From Octopus vulgaris (Eukaryota), in NCBI GenBank assembly GCA_951406725.2, contig OX597823.1, positions 60,450,001 through 60,514,000 of the forward strand: a stretch of DNA of 64,000 bases. The letters are read 5' to 3'. Shown here in pieces: positions 25,552 through 38,510 of this stretch. How positions within the stretch are numbered: the first letter of the stretch is position 1; the number at the start of each line of letters is the position of its first letter. The translations under genes were made by a program, and so were the position numbers. A model generated the notes under the pieces. That model saw only the letters and a program-made list of their open reading frames with translations. It did not search any database and was not told the DNA's origin.

Positions 25552-26216
25552 TTACTGTATTTATTTTGAGATGCTCTGTGTTTCTTTCAATTACTTTAAA
25601 TATAACAAAGAATTTAGTAAAATAACTTAGTTATTATTAAGCTAGTGTTAGGAACATAAATTGTGATTAAGGTTTGGTAGAAGATTTTAATTCAAAACTT
25701 ATGGAAACAAGACATTTGTACTCAGAGCCAGAGCTGGTTTCAGTCGGGTTGGTAACAAAAGGGTTAAGTGTGTTGAGCTAACAAGAGAGTTTCTGTGTGT
25801 TTGTTTGATCTGCCATAAATGATAACCAAATCTGTCTTAACTATGTTGAAATACTTTATTTATTTCAATTAATTTTGAAAGTGATGAAGAATTTATTAAA
25901 CTGGTATTTGGAACCTAAATTAATGTGGAATTATAATGGAAGATTTTTAAGTTAGATCGCTTTAAAAGAGAAAGAGTGTATCATAAAACCGGGCTGCTCT
26001 GGAGCATGTTGATATCAAAAGGGTCAAACCAGCGTCAACCATTTTAGAAAGGGAAAAGACACATTGTATACAAAATGGAAGGTTGGTCATAGATGCACAT
26101 GATCAGGGCTGACCTAGGGCTAAATAACAACAGCAACACTAGGGCAAATTTAACAATGTAAATGCATTCTCATAATCAATACTTCTCTTCACACACTTGT
26201 GAAAATGTGAATATTT

Positions 26217-26251
<35 letters not shown>

Positions 26252-26295
26252 CCTGTATGTATGTGTATGTATGTATGTATGTATGTATGTATGTA

Positions 26296-26404
<109 letters not shown>

Positions 26405-28069
26405 GTATATATGTATATGTATGTATGAATGTATATCAAAGAACCATGAAACAGCCTCTACTACAGAAATGCATGGAAATTGGAAAGGACTTGCTAAGCA
26501 GTAAATGCTTTATTCATTGCCGTTATAATAAATAGATTAACATGTTCTATTATTTGTGAAAAGATGAGTATTCTTCTGCTATTTATGACAGCCTCTTGCC
26601 ACGTTAGAGCAATCAGTGGATAACCTATAATAAAAGCTACAGATATATAATATAAAGTGAGATGGCCAATTTGATGGCCACTATTTAGTGGGAAATTGCT
26701 GTCTAGTAGTGAATAAATGAATAATGAAATTATTGTGTTCCATCTATGCCACATTCAGTGAATGTGGAGCATTGATCTCTCACAGAAGAGATTAGAAATT
26801 GCAAGGCTATATTTTCAAAGGTGTGGACGAAACATTTCAGTGTTTTGATAGGATTCATGATTAAAACATAATTTAAAATAGCAGAGGATATTTTTCCATT
26901 TAATACCTTGTTTTATATTCTCTGCTATCTTCAATGGAACTCTTTCGAAGATAGAAAATATGAAATGATAGCAGGGAAAAAAATAGATAATACAAAAAAA
27001 AAATGTGAAAAAAAACTATTTGTGTTACACTTTGTCGATAAAGTGAAACTGATCCTTGTACTTGCATTTAATTGCCTTCAATGATCCACTGATTGAAAAA
27101 AGAGAATATGATATGTGTCTATAAAAGCAATGATAAAGCCAACCTTAACACACGTGAAATCTTAGAATTTAGTCAATCATTAGCAAGAAGCCATATATTG
27201 TTCAAGTTGTAATGCAATAGAAAAAAAAATACAGAAATAATAAAAACCACTTACAAAATAGAAAACATTCTCAAAGAACTTCTATAGAAACAGGAATCAC
27301 CACAGGAGATTGTAGAGTCAAAGACAACTAACTAATCAATTAAAAAATGAATTTGATAAATATTGGAAGGATATTGAATTTGAAACACCTTTCACATATG
27401 TTTTTTTTTTTAATCTACCGATTTTAAATGAATCAGATTTTATTGGCTTTTGTGTCTGAACAGTAGAAAAAACATTAAACTGAAAAGTATGATTAAGAAT
27501 GGTGCATATCAAGTGAAAGAAATGCTTACCTGTCTCTTTCATCTGGATTAAATATTAATATAACCTATTAGCTTTATTTTACATACATGCATAATTAATA
27601 TTATACCTATAAATTAGATTACCCTCCCATGTTTTGTTTTCTTTCTAAGAAACATTTTTATTTAGATTATATGTTGTAGATTTAAAATAATATTTCACAA
27701 AGTCAGTAAGAAACAAAGTAATGAAAGAAGGTTATAGAAAAAAAAAATCAATTTTGAATGCAACACAGATTAGCACAACATAAATAAGTTGGTAGCAGCA
27801 TGTACAACATTTGGTCAAATTAAGAAACCAAGAAACATGTATATAAATAAATTACAGAAACATTGCCAGAATTCATCGTCTATTATGCTTTGGTATTCAA
27901 CAGAACAAACCTAAATATTCATACCAGTACTGTGTGTGTAAATTAAATAAAATTAATTAACTACATGTTTATACAACTTCATTGAGAAGAGTAAGGCAAA
28001 CAGTCGCTGATGAAATCATAATTGAAATGGAAACTACAGTGCAGTCTGTATCTCTTTTTCTGTCCACAG

Positions 28070-28109
<40 letters not shown>

Positions 28110-29325
28110 TTAACATCTGTCTTCCATGCTGGCATGAGTTGGACAGTGTGACAGTTGCTGGCCAGACAGAAGACTGCACTGGGCTTCTATGTCTGTTTTG
28201 CCATGGTTTTTATGGTTTTTACAACAGTGAAGTAGTATAAACGAAGACAGTCCCTTACAACTAACTGATATGTTTAATTAGCTTCGATTAGATTACACGT
28301 GCAGTACTGGCCCAAATCTGTGAGCTTATACCCATTCTGCCACAGTTTTATACCAACTCCATAACTGCATTGGGCTGTGATTCCCAACTCTTTCTAAGCC
28401 CTGCATTTCCAGCAAATTGTTGATGAATTCACACACTCTACAAAGGTAAAATTATATATGAAAGTGAAAAAGTTAATTTTCTAATGATAATTCTTTTTTA
28501 AAATTAAGCCATGTCTACAATATTGTAAACAAGAATAAGAATGCATTTGCTGATGTTGTGACCTCAAAACCAGTAACTTTCTTCACAAAAGACTACATAA
28601 AATTATATATACATTATAATCTTTATCATCATCATCACCAATAGGATCATCTTCAAACTAATGAAATATTCTCTGTATGGTCATTCAGCTTGCTTGAATT
28701 AGCAGCAAAATCTCCCTCAACTAACACCCTATTGTCTTCCAATGGAAGGTACAGAACACATTGGCTAATATAATCCTAAAAACGCTCTAGAAAGATGAAT
28801 TGGTAATAGCTGGAATATTTCTCATGCCTTTGATTATAGATCTGTTCAGACAAGGTCAGCATGTTGCAAAACAACAGTTTTGTCATTTTCATAGTCATCT
28901 TTATTGTTGTTTTGATGTTGTTATTGTTGTTGTTGTTGTCATTATCATTGACATCAGCATCATGATCATCACTTTTATGGCAGGCTGTTAGGGCATCATG
29001 AAAGCCTATCAGATGAGTATTCTCAACTCCTTCTAGATTTCTGTTGTCCTCTGAGAGCTGCTGACACCTACAGCTGTCCCCATTCATTCATTTTATCTTC
29101 CCATCAATTCTTCTGTTTGCTTGTCCTTGCTTTTTGCCAAACCTGTTCCATGCAGAACAACGTTAATTACACCTTCACCTGATATCCAAACATATCCAGA
29201 ATAAACAATATCAGATTGAGAAACAGTAAGACACCAAATCAATGACAGGGCTTCAATGTGATCATTTAATCCTAATAGAAAGAAAAGTGAAATCACTTTC
29301 AAATCAGGTCTGGCAGTATCAACAT

Positions 29326-29392
<67 letters not shown>

Positions 29393-29685
29393 GTTTAACG
29401 TCTGCTTTCCATGCTAGCATGGGTTGGACGAATGACTGAGAGCTGGCGAGCCTGATGGCTGCACCAGGCTTCAATCTTGATCTGGCAGAGTTTCTACAGC
29501 TGAATGCCCTTCCTAATGCCAACCACTCTGAGAGTGTAGTGGGTGCTTTTACGTGCCACCGGCATGGGGCCAGTCAGGTGGTACTGGCAACGACCTCGCT
29601 CAAATCTTTTACACATGCCACCGGCACAGGTGCCAGTAAGGCGATGCTGGTAACAATCACACTCGAATGGTCTTTTACGTGCCAG
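29326..29685 (-). mobile_element. SINE family C with internal tandem units and (ATG)n tail
   Basis: Repeated tttacgtgccaccggca units; family tail. Confidence 0.85.
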
Positions 29686-29773
29686 AAGTAAAAAGATTGA
29701 AAAATAATACAACTTTTCAGCTGCTATTCTTTGTTTGTTTTTCTTTTGTTTTTAAATGAAAATTCTAGTTTAA

Positions 29774-29993
29774 CCTTTTAGCATTCAGGTTATTCTGTCA
29801 AATGTATGGATTACTTATTCACATTGTTTTGAACTGATCATGCATTATCTCATAGCTTCAAAATTTCAATAATGTGCTTGTATATTTCTAGAATGACATT
29901 GTAGGGTAGGTGTGAGAAGCTGGATATGACCAGATTGAACCTAAAGCAGGAAGAATATTTGGGCCTGAGAAAGCCAGTTTAGATGCTAAAGAG
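29774..29993. mobile_element. piggyBac-type MITE with TTAA flanks
   Basis: TTAA-ccttttagcat ... atgctaaagag-TTAA. Confidence 0.75.
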
Positions 29994-30231
29994 TTAAGAC
30001 AATTTTGAGTAATTCTTTTTCTATAAATATGAAAATTATATTTTGATATAATTCCCAATCAGTTTGAATAGTTGCCTTCAGTACTATAGATAATACGAGA
30101 CACTGTCAAAATTGATATTTTTTTATACTTAAAAACCTTATATTTTGACAAAAAATACATTTGCTTTTTGAAGTACCTAAAGGAACAGCTAGAGGAAATT
30201 AAAAAAAGATCTTTATTGCCTGGAATATTAT

Positions 30232-30600
30232 ACAAATATATCAAATAATTTATTGTCAGAAATATGGCACAAATATATTCAATGGCTTTAGTGCAAGGAA
30301 TGTGAGACAAATATATTCAATGACTTTATTGTAAGGAATGTAGCAGAAACATATCCAAAGACTTTACTTCAAAGAACATGGGACAAATATATTCAAAGAC
30401 ATTATTGTCAATATTGTGAAAGAAGCATATCAAAAGACATTAGTGAGGAATGTGAGATAAATATATTCAAACACTTTTTTTTTAGAGTTGTGACACAAAC
30501 ATATCCAAAGATTTTACTGTAAGGAATATGAGACAAATCTAATGAAAGACTTTAATGACAGGAATGTGACACAAATGTATCCAAACATGTATTTTGTAAC
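30232..30600. repeat. Diverged 38-bp minisatellite, about 10 units
   Basis: Consensus acaaatatattcaaagactttattgtaaggaatgtgag. Confidence 0.85.
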
Positions 30601-30604
30601 AAGA

Positions 30605-30915
30605 CCATCATCATCACCCTCATCATCTTCATCATCATAATCATCATTTTCATCATTATCGTCATTTTCATTGTCATCATCATCATCACCATCATCGTCA
30701 TCATCATCCTCACCATTATCCTCCTCATCATCATCACCAACCTCATCATCATCACCATCCTCATCATCATCATAATCATCTTCATCCTCATCCTCATCCT
30801 CACCTTTATCATCATCATCATCATCATTTTCATCATTGTCATCATCATTATCATCATTTTCATCATCCTCACAATCATCCTCATCATCATCCTCATCATC
30901 ATCCTCTTCATCACC
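30605..30915. repeat. Degenerate (TCA)n microsatellite
   Basis: Direct inspection. Confidence 0.95.
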
Positions 30916-30917
30916 AA

Positions 30918-31447
30918 CCGGTACTTCTTTTATCAACCCCCAAAAGGATAAAATGAATAGCTGACCTCAGTAGAATTTGAACACAGAATGTAAAGACAGA
31001 CACAATACCTATTTCTTTACTACCCACAAGGGGCTAAACACAGAGAGGATAAACAAGGACAGACAAACGGATTAAGTCGATTATATCGGCACCAGTGTGT
31101 AATTGGTACTTATTTAATCGACCACGAGGATGAAAGGTAAAATCAACCGCGACGGAATTTGAACTCAGAACGTAGCGGCAGACGAAATACCGCTAAGCAT
31201 TTTCTCTGGCATCATAATCATTCTGACGGCTTGCTACCTTCGTAAATCAAGTATAATGCTGGTTTCAAATTTTGATACAAGGCCAGAAATTTAGGGGGTT
31301 GGTTAGTCAATTACAGCTGCTACTTATTTTATCAACCCCAAAGGCAAAGTCGACCTCAGCAGAATTTGAACTCACAATGTAAAGATGGACGAAATACCAC
31401 TCAGCATTTTGCCCAGCATGCTAATGATTCTGCTAGCTCACCACCTT
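30918..31447 (-). mobile_element. Two SINE family B copies (dimeric 30918-31241; monomer 31265-31447)
   Basis: Alignment to the family. Confidence 0.85.
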
Positions 31448-31952
31448 CATACACCAAGTATAATATTGCTAGAACTTATTTTTAATGAGCATTAATTAAT
31501 GTGCAAAGACAACCCTAATATAAGCCATGTTGCAAATGTTTATGATATGATTTGTCTAAGAAAGTTAATTGCACTAGAATTCCCTTCTGCAGTTTAGTCC
31601 TCAAATCCTACAACTATTTCAGTTTTCCAGATGTTAGATGACATTTTTTTAATTTCCATGAAAGAATTGTTCCAATTTATATTTATGACAGTTGTAATTT
31701 CTATAAAAGGATTATCCCAATTTCCATGAAACAATCGTCTCTAATTTACAAGCAAATCTATGTCAGCTCTCTTAGGAGATTCCATGGGGCCGATATATTT
31801 AATAATTCTTCAAAATGTTCTGTTCATTTTTGTGTTCAGATGATTCAGTTTCTTTTTTTTTTCTTATTTTTTGCTAGTGATAATCATTTTCTTGTCTTCT
31901 GTTGTTTCTTTCTTTTTTTTCCCCCATTCTATATATTTACCTGAAAGCTTCT

Positions 31953-32005
<53 letters not shown>

Positions 32006-32429
32006 ATTTTTTTTTTTTTAGCTGTCTAGTAAAAATTGTTCCTGATATTATATTTTCCATCTTCTAGAAAGCTGTTAATGCAATTTCTGTAGCCAACTTA
32101 AAGATTCCTCTTTACTAATCTAACAGTTATTTTGTATTACATTTTTGTCAGCCTTCTGCTACATTTGTTCAAATATTCATCGTTGCTTTCTTATCTTTTT
32201 TTTCACTTCTCTTTGCTGTCAAATCAACCATGTTTGTGTAGACTCTTTTATTCTTACATTATTCTATACTCACTGAATGCGCCCATGCTGGGACAGCGCT
32301 ACCTTTAAAGATATCGACTCCAATACATAATTTAGTCTGTCCTCATCTGGGCTAGTCTAACCTGGTCTTGTGTGGTTAAGTTATTACTTTATCAATCTCC
32401 ATTTATTGAATGACAACGTTTAACATTTT

Positions 32430-32810
32430 CAGCCATGTGATTCCAGCTTCACTCCCACTGCATGATACCTTGAGCAAAGAGTGTCTTTTGTTATCAACCT
32501 AGGCCAACCAAAGAATTGTGAGTAGATTTTGTTGATGGAAACTGAAAGAAGCCCATCATACATATGTATACATCTATGTATTTGTGTCTTTGTATTTGTC
32601 CCCCATCACAGTTTAACAACCAGAATTTGTTTGTTTACATCCCTGTAACTTAGCAGTTCAGCAAAAGAATTCAATAGAATAGAAATTAGGCAAAAAAAGG
32701 AAAAAGGAAAAGTACTGGTGTTGGTTAATTCAACTAAAACCCTTCAAGGCAGTGCCCCAGCATGGCTGCATTCTAGTGACTAAAGTAACTAGCTTATAAA
32801 GGTTAAAAGA
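32430..32810 (+). mobile_element. SINE family A, older copy
   Basis: Alignment to the family. Confidence 0.75.
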
Positions 32811-33099
32811 TGATTAACACAAAGGGATATTGCTCAGTATAGACATACAAACATACATATGCACACATACGCATATACACATACACGTATTCTTTGAAAA
32901 TTCTGCAGAATTCAGTGAATGCCTGGTTAACAAACAGCATGGAAGCTATGGACATCATGTGAAGTCAACTGCCAGTGAAATAGTCTCAACCACAGGCATT
33001 GCTGGTGTTTTACATAAAAAATGGTCAGTGATGGTCTTTTATGATCACAAGTGGACAACTTTCATCATCATCATATATATATATATATGTTATATATAT

Positions 33100-33262
33100 A
33101 GGTACAGGAGTGGCTGTGTGGTAAGTAGCTTGCTTACCAACCAATGGTTCTGGGTTCAGTCCCACTGCATGGTACCTTGGGCAAGTGTCTTCTACTATAG
33201 CCTCAGGCTGACCAAAGCCTTATGAGTGGATTTGGTAGATGGAAACTGAAAGAAGCCTATTG

Positions 33263-33294
<32 letters not shown>

Positions 33295-33537
33295 TGTTTG
33301 TGTGTGTGTGTGTTTGTGTGTGTGTATGTTTGTGTGTCTGTGTTTGACCCCCCACCAACGCTTGACAACTGATGTTGGTGTGTTTACGTCGCAGTAACTT
33401 AGCAGTTTGGCAAAAAAGACTAATAGAATAAGTACTAGGCTTACAAAGAATAAGTCCTGGGGTTGATTTATTAGACTAAAGGTGGTGCTCCAGCATGGTT
33501 GCCGTCAAATGACTGAAACAAATAAAAAGAAAAAGAA
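33100..33537 (+). mobile_element. SINE family A
   Basis: Alignment to the family. Confidence 0.9.
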
Positions 33538-33563
33538 TGTATACATATATATGTAAATATATA

Positions 33564-34141
33564 CGAGGTCTGATCAAAAAGCATCCGGATTGTTGCCATA
33601 GTAACAAAGCTAAAGCAGGCAGAGTGAAACCGCTTGGCATGTGCATTAAGTTTAAGCATTCTAGCTCACTTCTGTTGTTTATAGCAGTGCTTGGAAGGCA
33701 CGTGTGTTACATGTGACTGTCGCATTGACCATGACAAAGAAAGTTGTCATGATGATACCTGCTCAGAGGCCTATGTAAAGTTGCAGAAAGTGTATAGAGA
33801 GGAGTGTATGAGCCACTCACAAGTGTTTGAGAGGTTCAGATGTTTCCAAGATGGCTGCAATAAATGTTGAAATAGACGAATGTTCTGGGAGACCCACAAC
33901 CAGCAGAGCTGAAAAAAACAGTGCAAATATGCATGCAGTTGTGAGAGGAAATTATTGAATCATCATCAGTGAGTTATCAGAGGAGGATGTGCAGATTAGT
34001 TATGCTTCAGTTTACCTTATTATCACTGAATATTTGGGTATGAGATACATGTCTACCAAATTTGTGCCAAGACTCTTTTCAACTAACCAAAGAGACACTT
34101 GGGTTTCAGTTGCACAAGATCTCCTTGATTGTGTTGAGAAT
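33564..34141 (+). mobile_element. Mariner element 5' half: left TIR and degenerate HTH region
   Basis: TA-CGAGGTCTGATCAAAAAG; LQKVY.EECMS.SQVFE.F..F.DG...DE.SGRPTTS...LGMR..STKFVPRL. Confidence 0.88.
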
Positions 34142-34144
34142 GTC

Positions 34145-34290
34145 CGTGGAGTTGTTAGCTAACTCCTCCTACATCGGTTTTATCAATTTTGATGAAACTT
34201 GACATGTGAGTAGAACTCATGTCTGAAAACGTCATGGCATACTCAGATTGCTGAAAAAATCGATATTAGGGCCGCTGGATGGGATCCTTT
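34145..34290 (+). mobile_element. Helitron/Helentron-associated (HINE-like) core fragment
   Basis: aactcctcctac..cgg....atcaattttgatgaaacttg motif typical of these cores. Confidence 0.45.
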
Positions 34291-34994
34291 TATATATATC
34301 TAATATATCTTATTTTAAAAACCAAGGGAAATAACCCGTTCACTCCTGGAAGGGATCCTTATATATAGCCAAAGGGAATAACCCATTCATTTTCCTAAAT
34401 TATTTGGTAAAAATGAAATTGAGTATGCTTATTTCTTAGTATCTGTACTGTTAGAGTTATTTTCGCAATTTATCCAGTACAACCCTTAAACAAGTAAATA
34501 GTAATTTCCTAAACAATAGGTCCGCTTATTTCGGTTAGTGACTTATTCACAGATATACCAACGCTAGTGCCCCTGAGGGAACGCACAAAAGCCTTTTTCA
34601 TAGTTATTTACTTTGAATTGTTAGCATCTCATATCTGATTAGTTTGTTATTACATAACATGTTTCACGATTTTAGTATACATACATTATTACTATTTCCT
34701 CCTATGTTCTATATACTCTGGGAACACATTAAAGCCCTTTTCGGGGCTACTTATCAGGAAACTTACTTCATGTTATTACATAACTGACTTCACAATTTGG
34801 GTATTCATAACTTATTGTGAAGTCCTAAAAACAAGATCCTGTGTAAGATAGTTTCCGTATTCTCTGTAAATGCACAAAAACCATTTTAAGGGCTGTATAC
34901 TTTGTATTATCTTTATTGGATTAGCAAAACAACTATGAGAATGGAACCAAGGGATAAGCCACACTTTCCTGGGAATTACCAGGTACATCAGCTA

Positions 34995-35048
<54 letters not shown>

Positions 35049-35049
35049 T

Positions 35050-35094
<45 letters not shown>

Positions 35095-35727
35095 ATAAAT
35101 ATATATTTGTATATATTTATATATACATATATACACACACAAATATATATACAAACATATGTATGTGTGTGTGTGCATGCATACATACACATACACGTAC
35201 ACACACACACACATACATACACATATATTATATACTTGTGCACACATGCAAAACTAGTTGATATGAAATAAATATTAATACATTTTATTGTTAAGAAGAA
35301 GAACAACAACAACAACAAAATATACATTTATTACAGAAAAAAAAATATGCATTTTCGGTGTTATTTCAATGAGTGTCTCCTTCTTTTAAAACATCCGTCT
35401 ATGTCTATATCAGTGGCTAATGTTTCACCTATTGATGATATTATCTGATTGGCACAATTAGATATGTAGTTTAACAAAGCAAAATAAAAAAAAAAGGAAA
35501 AAAGGCCATGATACAAAGAGTTGATGGCATGAAAGCCACGGAGCAGAATATGAATATGTTGTTATTTCATACCCTATCTCCTGCAGTTTTTTCCCATTAT
35601 CTATCAATCTAAAAGACTTTCATTTATTCTTTTTATCTTTTATTTTATTTTTTTTACCATCCATAGATAGACACATTTCTGTCTTTATTTTGTTGTTTTA
35701 TTGTTTTTCATATTAATTTTTATATAG

Positions 35728-35729
<2 letters not shown>

Positions 35730-35759
<30 letters not shown>

Positions 35760-35920
35760 GTAATAATAATAATAATAATAATAATAGTAATAATAATGAT
35801 AATAATAATAATAATAATAACGGCAACAACAATAATAATAATAGTAACAATAATAATAATAATAGTAACAATAATAATAATAATAGTAACAATAACAATG
35901 ATGATGATTATGATGATAAT
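35730..35920. repeat. (TAA)n microsatellite
   Basis: Direct inspection. Confidence 0.97.
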
Positions 35921-36341
35921 ACAAAAGAAAAGGCAGAATGTCTTCTGATTATTTCTTGAATGTCAGCTGGACAAACAGAACTGTTATTTAGAATTTCTAC
36001 TTCACTTTTAAATATTTTCTCCCCTATTTGAATGTTAAGTAGATGACTCACAGACTTTCATTATGTACACCCTTTAACTGCTATCCCTTCTAACTCATAT
36101 AAATGTCATAGGTTAAAAAGAGAGCTTAAAGATATCTAAGTAAGTACCGATTTCGCCGCATACACATGCATTTACACCACACTCGCACACATGTACATAC
36201 GTACATATATACATACATACATGTATATATATTTGTATGTATGTATATATGTATGTGCATATACATATATGTGTGTGTGTGTGTGTGTCTATATATATGT
36301 GTATGTATGTATATATATATATATATATATATATAGTTATA

Positions 36342-36372
<31 letters not shown>

Positions 36373-36848
36373 GATATATGTATGTATGTATGCATGTATG
36401 TATGTATGTATATATGTAAATGCGTGTGTGGGCAGAAACAAACTCACACTTTATCCATTATGTCAGTGAGTCACCACAGAGTTCTTCCTTCCGTGTTCAT
36501 GTTGAGAATCAAGGTAGAATACAGGAGAGAGGGGTGATGTGGACAGCCCATCACCCCACTCATTCCCATCTCCACCACAAATGCCCCTTCCCTGTGTTGC
36601 TATTTTGCCTCCTACACATCTATGGAAGGATGAACTTAACAAAGAAATCACTCTTGAATTATTCACATGTGACCCTAAAACAAACAGTAAAAAAGAAAAA
36701 TATAGTAAATCCTTGATAGCCCAAAGTACAGATTTAAATTTTAAAAACTTATTTATTTTTGTTTTTAATGAATTAATCAGAACAGATGGGGCATTGCCCT
36801 TCATTTTCACAGGACCTTGTTCGATGAATATAGTTGATATTCAATTTG

Positions 36849-37440
36849 AGATTTATTTGACCACATGGATATTCTGTGGCAGATATCTGAGAGAAACTCT
36901 CATATTGGATTTTGGTGCGAAATGAGTACTTGTTTATATCACTAAAGGGGAGATAAATCCCTGCCACCTCCAGCAAGAAGATCACCAGATTACATGATTC
37001 TGATCTTCTTTGGTTTAGTCAATGACAAAGACTTGACTGCTAGAGATAGCAGCAACTCATCTCCTTGCCAGTGACATATAGAATAACAGTGCAAAACCAG
37101 GCACTGGTGTCACAGTTAACCAGTGTACTTGTTAAGAAATATATATTAGTGACAGAGATAATATTTATCCCTACCCAAACGTGGATGCTCTGTTAGAACA
37201 AACTATAATGTGGTAGATACCATGAGAGAAACTCTCATATTGGTTTTTGATGCAAAACACACTCTTGTCTATATCACTAGAGGGGAGATAAATCCCTGCC
37301 ATCTCCAACACCAAGACTTTAACATTCCATGGTCTTGTCAATGTTGGATGCTTGACTGCTAGTAATAGCAGTGACTGATCTCCTCACCAGTGATATATAG
37401 AAAACAGTGCCAGAACTGGCATTGCACTAGTGTCATGGTT
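36849..37440. repeat. Two tandem units (period about 335 bp), each a long imperfect fold-back
   Basis: tgagagaaactctcatattgg at 36888 and 37223; tatatcact..ggggagat pairs with atctcc..agtga.atata in both units. Confidence 0.8.
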
Positions 37441-37449
37441 TTCTTTGGG

Positions 37450-37806
37450 TTGAGTAGCCCATCCTGCTTAAAAGGTCCCTGAATAAGGGTTACTTAGGGA
37501 TAATGAACGAAACACCCCTGCTTCCTGTGGTGAATTATTCAAAAAACCAAAGAATTCCTCTCAAAACATGGCTATGATGCTCCCCCAATACTTCTGCTCA
37601 TGATCAGAGGTGTACATATTATCAGCCATTAAGGGGCATCTTCAACTGGTTATGGTCAAGCAACTGACAAGCAAATCTGTGATATTGAGCAGAATATTTG
37701 TTGTAGCCCATCTTTTACACCAAGACAAAACATGTACATGATAACTCTTCCAATCAGTTAGGATCAGAAGGCTTAAGAACCATAGCTTGGTATTGCATCA
37801 GGGCAT
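37450..37806 (+). mobile_element. Unclassified retroposon-like 3' segment ending in TAA/TTA repeats
   Basis: Higher-complexity block ending gcatcagggca followed by ttaattattatt. Confidence 0.4.
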
Positions 37807-37821
37807 TAATTATTATTAATA

Positions 37822-38335
37822 TTATTCATATATGCACAACAGGTTAGCCTGTTGGAAAAGAAAAATTCCTAGCATCAGGACACGAGTCACCTTAGATGCC
37901 AAGAACCCTCCTAAGTATCCTAATAAATCTGTTTTCAGGATCTGTACTAAACTGGGTTTTATGCCTATTTCCTCTATACATCTGATCAAATCTTTAGAGA
38001 TAGTTCCTAATGTACCTATAACCACTGGGATACACTTTACCCATGCTTTCTATAGCTTCTGTAATTCAATGGCTAGGTTCTGGTACTTTGTTATGTTTTC
38101 TATAACTCTCATATTGATTTTTTCATCATTTGGGACTGTAAAGTCAATTATCTGGCACTTTCTATTCTCTTCATCTACTACTACAAAATTAGGCCTTCTA
38201 GCTCCTATTATTCTGTCAGTCTGAATATTTAAGTCCCATAACATTTTATTTTTCTTATTTTCTAGTCCTTTTGTCAGTATGGTAAAATCCTAGCTCTCTA
38301 CATAACTCCCAGTGGAATGATCTCCCTAGGTTGTC
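37822..38335 (-). mobile_element. R4/Dong-clade LINE 3' fragment (restriction-like endonuclease domain) in TAA repeats
   Basis: LWDLNIQTDRII.ARRPN.VVVD...IIDF.VPND...KYQNLAIEL.KL...IPVVIGTLG; TAA tracts on both sides. Confidence 0.88.
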
Positions 38336-38377
38336 ATTAATATTATTATCATTATTATTATTATTACTATTATTATT

Positions 38378-38510
38378 AAGGTGGCAAGCTGGCAGAATCA
38401 TTAGCACACCGGGTGATATGCTTTCTGGCATTTCATCTGTGTCTATGTTCTGAGTTCAAATTCTGATGAGGTCAACCTAGCCTTTCATCTGGGGTTGATG
38501 TAATCAATTA
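38378..38510 (+). mobile_element. SINE family B, truncated
   Basis: Head sequence. Confidence 0.75.

Noticed and set aside
26735-26785. Hairpin ccacattc-agt-gaatgtgg as a possible pre-miRNA
   Set aside because: Loop too small, outer stem poorly paired, and no match to a miRNA I recognise
30232-30600. CRISPR-like periodicity
   Set aside because: Contiguous diverged units without unique spacers, eukaryotic context, no cas genes
36420-36925. ORFs of 98-128 aa upstream of the structured tandem units
   Set aside because: No recognisable domain; overlapping ORFs on both strands suggest chance
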